NCBI GenBank assembly: GCA_036679605.1
Contig: JAZDCZ010000384.1
Coordinates: forward strand, 1 to 12,871
DNA from: Gemmatimonadota bacterium
GTDB taxonomy: Bacteria; Gemmatimonadota; Gemmatimonadetes; Gemmatimonadales; GWC2-71-9
Reading direction: 5' to 3'
DNA: 12,871 nt
This document shows, one piece after another, positions 7,134 to 12,871 of this stretch. The position numbers and the translations under genes were made by a program. The notes beneath the pieces are model-generated. The model saw nothing but the letters and a program-made list of their open reading frames with translations. It searched no databases and had not been told where the DNA came from. The first letter of the stretch is position 1; every line of letters starts with the position of its first letter.

Positions 7134-8018
7134 ATGAACAACAATAGAATGCGGAAGTACACCGTCCAGGATTTCAGCCGCGACTTTCCCGACGATGCTG
7201 CTTGCCTGGAATGGCTTCGGGGTCACCTGTACCCTGATGGCATCTTCTGTAAGGTCTGTCAGAAGATCACGAAGCATCATCGGGTCAAGTCCAGGCCATC
7301 CTATAGTTGCGACTGGTGCGGGCACCACGTCCACCCGACCGCTGGAACTGTCTTCGAGAAATCCACCACACCGCTGCGGCTGTGGTTCCATGCGGTGTTT
7401 CTCATTGCCTCTACCCGCTGTGGGGTCTCGGCCAAGCAGATTGAGCGGGAAACGGGGGTGACCTATAAGACTGCTTGGCGGATGTTCAACAAGATCAGGG
7501 AACTCCTGGACGAGCCCATTGATTCGCTATCTGGCGAAGTTGAAATCGATGAAACCTACATTGGCGGGAAGCGCAGGGACGGTAAGACCGGCAGGCCCGG
7601 TATTGGCTCGAACAAGACACCTGTGGTTGGCATGGTGGAACGAGCAGGCAGGGTTGTCGCAGTAAAGACTGCGAACGTCTCCCGAACCACTATCATGCCC
7701 GTGATTACGAGTCATGTTCTACCCCGAACCAATGTGTATACCGATGAATACCGGAGCTATGACAGCCTAAAGTATGAGGGTTATGCGCACCGCCGAATAC
7801 ACCACGCCAGCAAGGTCTATGTCGCAGGTACAGTCCACACCAACACCATAGAGGGCTTCTGGTCGCTAGTGAAGCGAGGAATCAACGGAGTCTATCACGC
7901 CGTGTCGCAGAAGTATCTACAGTCCTACCTTAACGAGTACGCCTTCAGGTACAACCACAGGAACGACGAAATGCCCATGTTCAAGACGATGCTTGCTCGC
8001 GTTTCACGGGGCGACTGA
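7134..8018 (+). CDS. IS1595-family (ISXO2-like) DDE transposase
   Basis: N-terminal Zn ribbon (CKVC...CDWC), HTH region, catalytic motifs EIDETYIGG, YTDEYRSY, HTNTIEGFW, and YLNEYAFRYN. Start placed at ATG 7134 after gagagg; ATG 7110 is an alternative. Confidence 0.95.
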   Translation: MNNNRMRKYTVQDFSRDFPDDAACLEWLRGHLYPDGIFCKVCQKITKHHRVKSRPSYSCDWCGHHVHPTAGTVFEKSTTPLRLWFHAVFLIASTRCGVSAKQIERETGVTYKTAWRMFNKIRELLDEPIDSLSGEVEIDETYIGGKRRDGKTGRPGIGSNKTPVVGMVERAGRVVAVKTANVSRTTIMPVITSHVLPRTNVYTDEYRSYDSLKYEGYAHRRIHHASKVYVAGTVHTNTIEGFWSLVKRGINGVYHAVSQKYLQSYLNEYAFRYNHRNDEMPMFKTMLARVSRGD

Positions 8019-8157
8019 CTCGTTTCAGGGCTCCCTCAAAGTCAGCCCGCGTGAACTCGACACCACCCGGCTCTGTCACGATGACTGCCGTCCACTCGAC
8101 CGATTCAACCGCATCACCCTTAATCGTCGGTATTATCCGCTGAACCTCGTTAGCCAC
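7981..8157 (-). CDS. Small hypothetical passenger protein (58 aa) overlapping the transposase 3' end
   Basis: GTG start at 8157 preceded by ggaggagg and overlapping the upstream stop (translational coupling). C-terminus FTRADFEGALKRVSRPVKREQASS. Confidence 0.55.
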   Translation of the reverse strand: MANEVQRIIPTIKGDAVESVEWTAVIVTEPGGVEFTRADFEGALKRVSRPVKREQASS

Positions 8158-8557
8158 CTTCCTCCTCCTTTCGCGCTGCTGTAATTGGAATACGAGCCTT
8201 CGGGTCATCATTCACTAACACGACGAAGACATAGTCTCCCTCAGCTTCAAACTTCAAGTTATGGAGCCTCAGTATTTGCGGTATTTCCACGGGGCGTCCG
8301 CCTTCCGCCCGTGGAATCTTCATCTGAGTCTTTAGCGAGAGCTTTTCATCCCCATCGGCATTCAGCAACTTGATTTCAACGGCCTTCTCGGTATCGTACT
8401 CGGCTGGCTCAGCTACCAGCTTCATCACAACGTACAACTGTGCATGAGTCGCGGGGAAAGTGGAGGCCCAAATGCGGTCGAAGATACCCATGATGTTGAG
8501 CTTCCCACCGTCAGCGACGTTGGCGTAGTCTGCTAGGATAGCAAGCGGAATCTCCAT
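8150..8557 (-). CDS. Passenger gene, beta-rich hypothetical protein (DUF6941-like)
   Basis: MEIPLAILADYANVADGGKLNIMGIFD...FP...LKFEAEGDY.F resembles DUF6941 proteins (recognised from memory, not searched). ATG 8557 is preferred because TTGACA (8596-8591) and GACAAT (8572-8567) look like its promoter. Confidence 0.7.
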   Translation of the reverse strand: MEIPLAILADYANVADGGKLNIMGIFDRIWASTFPATHAQLYVVMKLVAEPAEYDTEKAVEIKLLNADGDEKLSLKTQMKIPRAEGGRPVEIPQILRLHNLKFEAEGDYVFVVLVNDDPKARIPITAARKEEEGG

Positions 8558-8674
8558 AGGGCTTCCATTGTCTGTAGTCTCCCTAAGCCCTGTCAACGCG
8601 AACGCCTGTCTTACCTTCTATCAGGGGATAATTGCCTCGGCACTTAGTGTTCGATCCGAGGAGCCCTCTCCTAC

Positions 8675-9715
8675 CTACTCTGCATTTACGGAGTTCACAA
8701 GATCCACTAAGCGTTCCAGCGTGGACAGGCGCTCACGCTGGCTTTCCCCTTCCGGCTCGACGCGTAGTGTTGTGACCCCAACGTCGCGATAGGCGCGGAT
8801 ACGCTTCTCAACCATCTCGTCGGTACCCAGGAGGTTTGTCTGAAGGACAAGCTCGTCGGGGACTCGTGCCGCCGCATCTTCTCGCCTGCCTTCGAGCCAC
8901 AGGTCCTGGACCTCGATCGCGACATCCTCGTATCCTGCACGCCGAATCGCGTCGTTGTAGAAGTTGTGCTCCCGCGATCCCATCGCGCCGAGCGTGAACG
9001 CGAGGCCGGGCTTGCGGCGAGCGATGAGACGGTCAACGTCGTCAGAGAATGCGACGACACCACCGGCTTGGAGATCAAGCTCCGTCAGGGAACGCCCGGC
9101 ACGCGAAGCGCCTGCGGCAATGTGGTCGAAGAAGACATCCGCATGTTCCGGCATGAACGAAGTGCCGAGCCAGCCGTCTGCCAGTTCGCCGGTCATTTGA
9201 AGGCTTTTTGGACCGAGGGTGGCCAGGTAGATGGGAACGTGTGTCCCGGGCGGGGCGCCAGAGCGCAATGCCTTGCCCTCGCCGCCGGGTAAGGGGAGTT
9301 CATAGAACTTTCCCTTGTAGCGCAGCCGCTCGCCGCTTGCTGCGAGATTCACGATCTCGATGATCTCACGCATACGCTGAAGCGGGCGTTCAAATGGGAT
9401 GCCGTGCCAGCCCTCTACCACCTGCGGGCCACTCACGCCGAGGCCCAATAGGAAGCGGTCGTGTGACATTGATGCAAGGCTCATCGCCGTCATCGCGACA
9501 AGCGCGGGAGTGCGGGTGCCGGCCTGCATGATGCCTGAGCCCAGGCGGATGCGGGAGGTCTTTGCCGCGAGGTATGCCAGGGGTGTCACCGCGTCATAGC
9601 CCCAGGCTTCGGCTGACCAGACGCTGTCGACTCCCATCCGTTCAGCCTCGGTTACATAGGCGCTCGTCTCGTCCCAGTCGCTGGTGGCGAGGCCGAGCGA
9701 GACGGACAGCCGCAT
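8675..9715 (-). CDS. LLM-class (luciferase-like) flavin/F420-dependent oxidoreductase
   Basis: AEAWGYDA, RTPALVAMTA, RFLLGLGVSGPQVVEGWHG, PIYLATLGPK..GELADGW. RBS ggagg precedes ATG 9715. Confidence 0.92.
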   Translation of the reverse strand: MRLSVSLGLATSDWDETSAYVTEAERMGVDSVWSAEAWGYDAVTPLAYLAAKTSRIRLGSGIMQAGTRTPALVAMTAMSLASMSHDRFLLGLGVSGPQVVEGWHGIPFERPLQRMREIIEIVNLAASGERLRYKGKFYELPLPGGEGKALRSGAPPGTHVPIYLATLGPKSLQMTGELADGWLGTSFMPEHADVFFDHIAAGASRAGRSLTELDLQAGGVVAFSDDVDRLIARRKPGLAFTLGAMGSREHNFYNDAIRRAGYEDVAIEVQDLWLEGRREDAAARVPDELVLQTNLLGTDEMVEKRIRAYRDVGVTTLRVEPEGESQRERLSTLERLVDLVNSVNAE

Positions 9716-9879
9716 GCTTCCTCCCGTTAGGGGATTCGTCCGAGAACCAATGTGCCCTTCACGCCGGGCATTGTAGCATCCTTGGACGACCATGCCTGAG
9801 CACGCACGGGAACACTACGGAAACTTAACGTCGCCTCAGAAGTAGCGCGAGCCGGCCTGAAGCTCCATTCGGCGCAGCT

Positions 9880-11094
9880 CTACAGAGACGTCGTCGAGAA
9901 GGCAACGGGGAGTGACCGCAGGCCCCGCAGTACGATGTTTTCCTTATACTCCGGCGATTCGGTCCGAAGCTCCAGTGAGCTTAGGCGCCGGGCCAAAGTA
10001 GCGAGGGCTATCTGGCCCTCGAGGCGCGCCAGCGGCGAACCGACGCAGAAGTGGATGCCGAAGCCGAAGGCAAGGTGGCTATCATCGTTGCGTGTGATGT
10101 CGAATTGCTCGGGGCGCGCGAACTGGTCGGGGTCCCGATTGGCCGCTCCGAGAAGCAGGATGACGTTGTGCCCCCTGGGGACCGTCACGCCCGCAACCTC
10201 GATATCCTCCAGGGCGATTCGCCCGGTCAGCTGGACGGGCGGATCGTAGCGTAGTACCTCCTCGACCGCGCTCGGTGAGAGGGATAGGTCGTCCCTCAGC
10301 ATGCGAAGCTGGTCGGGATGCCGGAGCAGGGCCAGTATTCCATTGCCGATCAGGTTCACAGTTGTTTCATGACCTGCGACGAGAAGCAATCTACACGTCG
10401 CAAGGAGCTCCGCTTCGGACAGTCTGTCCCCCTGTTCCTCAGCCTCAATCAAGGAGCTCAGCAGGTCTTCCTTGGGTACCCTGCGCCGTTCTTCTATCAA
10501 GCCTCGGAAGTAATCGTCGAACGAATCTAGAGCCTTCTTAATTCGGCCCAAGACGTCCGCTGAGGGAATCGGCTCGGGGTCAAGAGAGCGCGCGAGCTCT
10601 TGAGACCAGCCCTTGAAAGTCTCGTGGTCATCTGGTGGAACGCCCAGCATCTCGCTAATCACTGTCACGGGAAGCGGATAGGCGACATCCCGAATGACGT
10701 CCATCTGTCCACCAGGGGCCACCCTCTCCAAGAGATCATCAACTAGTTCCTGTATGCGCGATCGCAGTCCCTCCACCACCCTCGGGGTGAATGCTCTGCT
10801 TACCAACCCCCTAAGTCTCGTGTGGTCTGGTGGATCCAAGAAGAGGAACGGCCGGGAATCGCCGAGGATATCTAGGTCCGGCTCAAAGCCGGGCTGCTCC
10901 GCATTTCTGAAATCGCTGCTCCACCGACGATCCTTCAGGACGGCAACGCAGTCTGCGTACCGGCTGAGAACCAGGGCGCCCAGAGGACTCCGGTGGATCG
11001 GGTCTTCCGAGCGAAGCCGCCGGTAGGTTGAGTAGGGGTCAATTCGGAAGCCGGGATCAAACGGATTGAACGTGGCGGGTGCTACGTCCGACAT
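9880..11094 (-). CDS. Cytochrome P450
   Basis: DPPDHTRLR, I-helix AGHETT, EEVLR (ExxR), AANRDP, and heme motif FGFGIHFCVG. Confidence 0.97.
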   Translation of the reverse strand: MSDVAPATFNPFDPGFRIDPYSTYRRLRSEDPIHRSPLGALVLSRYADCVAVLKDRRWSSDFRNAEQPGFEPDLDILGDSRPFLFLDPPDHTRLRGLVSRAFTPRVVEGLRSRIQELVDDLLERVAPGGQMDVIRDVAYPLPVTVISEMLGVPPDDHETFKGWSQELARSLDPEPIPSADVLGRIKKALDSFDDYFRGLIEERRRVPKEDLLSSLIEAEEQGDRLSEAELLATCRLLLVAGHETTVNLIGNGILALLRHPDQLRMLRDDLSLSPSAVEEVLRYDPPVQLTGRIALEDIEVAGVTVPRGHNVILLLGAANRDPDQFARPEQFDITRNDDSHLAFGFGIHFCVGSPLARLEGQIALATLARRLSSLELRTESPEYKENIVLRGLRSLPVAFSTTSL

Positions 11095-11189
11095 TGAACC
11101 TCGTTCCTAGTTTTCGGGCTCGGCCTTTCCAGGATAACGCGGCTGAGCTCTTGTCGGTTGGCCTATCTTTCGCAGATGATTTCGTCCGG

Positions 11190-11211
11190 GTTGCTGTCAG
11201 CGTTGCTGTCA
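11190..11211. repeat. Tandem 10-bp direct repeat, integrase arm-type-site-like
   Basis: gttgctgtca at 11190-11199 and 11202-11211, about 60 bp from the tRNA fragment. Confidence 0.55.
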
Positions 11212-11269
11212 ACTCCGCATGTGACCCTCTTCGCGGCCCTGCCACCGGCCCGTTTCAGATACGAAATTT

Positions 11270-11318
11270 TGGAGGGTCCGGTGGGATTATAACCCACGAC
11301 TCCCGGATTAAGAGTCCG
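11270..11318 (-). pseudogene. 3' half of tRNA-Lys(CTT), att-like fragment
   Basis: Minus strand reads cgga-CTCTTAA-tccg (anticodon arm, CTT), ggagtc, gtggg-ttataat-cccac (T-arm with mutated loop), cggaccc-t-cca. No 5' half is present upstream. Confidence 0.75.
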
Positions 11319-11392
11319 TTAGTCGGGAGCTGCTCACCGCTAGCCATTGCCAGATACGGAGAGCGCGTCCCGGAGAGGCAATCAAGCGCCGG

Positions 11393-11433
11393 ATCCTCTC
11401 GTCGCGTACCCGATACTTGCTGACGAGGGGATT
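11393..11433 (+). repeat. 41-bp hairpin repeat, copy 1
   Basis: atcctctcgtcgcgtacccgatacttgctgacgaggggatt; 40/41 identical to 11893-11933. Confidence 0.9.
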
Positions 11434-11519
11434 GTATCCTGACCAGTGGGCAGCTGCAATAGTGAAGGCCTGACCGGGAGGGTCGGCAGGCGTACGGCGC
11501 CAAGAAAATGGTCGAGGCC

Positions 11520-11807
11520 TTACATGGACCTAATCTCATAGACCCTGATGCTTGCGATGTATGGATTGTCTTGTGCGATTTTTTCCGCCGCGTCGAGGTC
11601 TTCGGCTTCGATGATATTGTAGCCGGTGATGGACTCCATGCCCCACGGCAGATCTTTGGGTCCGGTTTTTGAGATCTCTCGCCCACTGCTGAAGCCGCCC
11701 CGGTCGACCTGATTGTCGGCGATCGACTCGAACCATTTCCCCCAGGCCTCCATGATTTCAGGCGTGGGTTTCTCGAATCCGAAATGCAGAAACATGAACT
11801 TCTTCAT
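11520..11807 (-). CDS. YciI-related domain protein
   Basis: RBS aaggag. MKKFMFLH...MEAWGKWF...ITGYNIIEAEDLDAAEKIAQDNP...IRVYEI is typical of YCII-like proteins. Confidence 0.82.
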   Translation of the reverse strand: MKKFMFLHFGFEKPTPEIMEAWGKWFESIADNQVDRGGFSSGREISKTGPKDLPWGMESITGYNIIEAEDLDAAEKIAQDNPYIASIRVYEIRSM

Positions 11808-11892
11808 TGCTCTCTCCTTGTCGGTGGTTTCACTCTTTCATTCGGCGCGCGATCTCAGCGCCGTAGAGCGTCCCGGGGCTGCCCAGCGGCGA

Positions 11893-11933
11893 ATCCTCTC
11901 GTCGCGTACCCGATGCTTGCTGACGAGGGGATT
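11893..11933 (+). repeat. 41-bp hairpin repeat, copy 2 (terminator-like on the + strand)
   Basis: atcctctcgtcgcgtacccgatgcttgctgacgaggggatt followed by tt; 11-bp stem with one G-U pair. Confidence 0.9.
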
Positions 11934-11966
11934 TTACTTGCCTCGCAAGCAACCAGCAAGCGTATA

Positions 11967-12003
11967 ACGACCGGGAGGTCTACCTGGTCGACCTCCCAGT
12001 CGT
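11967..12003 (-). terminator. Hairpin just downstream of katG, probable terminator
   Basis: acgac-c-gggaggtc pairs with gacctccc-a-gtcgt, 18 nt after the katG stop. The U-tail is weak. Confidence 0.55.
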
Positions 12004-12021
12004 CAGACCTATCTGCTCAGA

Positions 12022-12870
<849 letters not shown>

Positions 12871-12871
12871 G

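Larger units (their letters stand above)
6838..8636 (+). mobile_element. IS1595-family insertion sequence (ISNwi1-like ends) with passenger genes
   Basis: Left TIR ggcaattatcccttgacagtaggta (6838-6862) versus right TIR reverse complement ggcaattatcccctgatagaaggta (8636-8612): 22/25 identical. The ends enclose an IS1595 transposase. No target-site duplication found. Confidence 0.9.

Noticed and set aside
11184..11212. TTGACA (minus strand) as the -35 box of a P450 promoter
   Set aside because: No -10-like hexamer at 16-18 bp; better explained as part of the tandem repeat.
11393..11933. CRISPR array or integron attC sites
   Set aside because: Only two copies, 500 bp apart. No cas or intI gene is present, and the RYYYAAC/GTTRRRY attC ends are absent.

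Overview
GC-rich bacterial window. The gene mix suggests Chloroflexota (Dehalococcoidia-like) or an actinobacterium; this is inference only. From left to right it holds the 3' end of a menG/ubiE methyltransferase and typA/bipA, then an accessory-looking block. That block contains a Cys-rich membrane-anchored small protein, a ~1 kb non-coding region, a stand-alone pseudo-receiver protein, a soluble GAF-HisKA_3-HATPase-REC-LuxR fusion and a solo LuxR-HTH ORF. It continues with a complete IS1595-family element (TIRs at 6838 and 8636) carrying passenger genes, an LLM-class oxidoreductase and a cytochrome P450. The window ends with a YciI-like gene and the 3' part of katG. The most notable unannotated signals are: (1) inside the IS, a promoter-led leader with a perfect 16-bp inverted repeat enclosing a 34-aa Arg/Lys-rich small ORF just upstream of the transposase; (2) two degenerate direct copies of a tRNA-Lys 3' end plus shared flank (2585-2625, 11256-11318) bracketing ~8.7 kb, with integrase-arm-like repeats; (3) a degenerate tRNA-Trp-like relic; (4) an RHS-repeat scar between menG and typA; (5) a 41-bp hairpin duplicated exactly 500 bp apart around the yciI-like gene.
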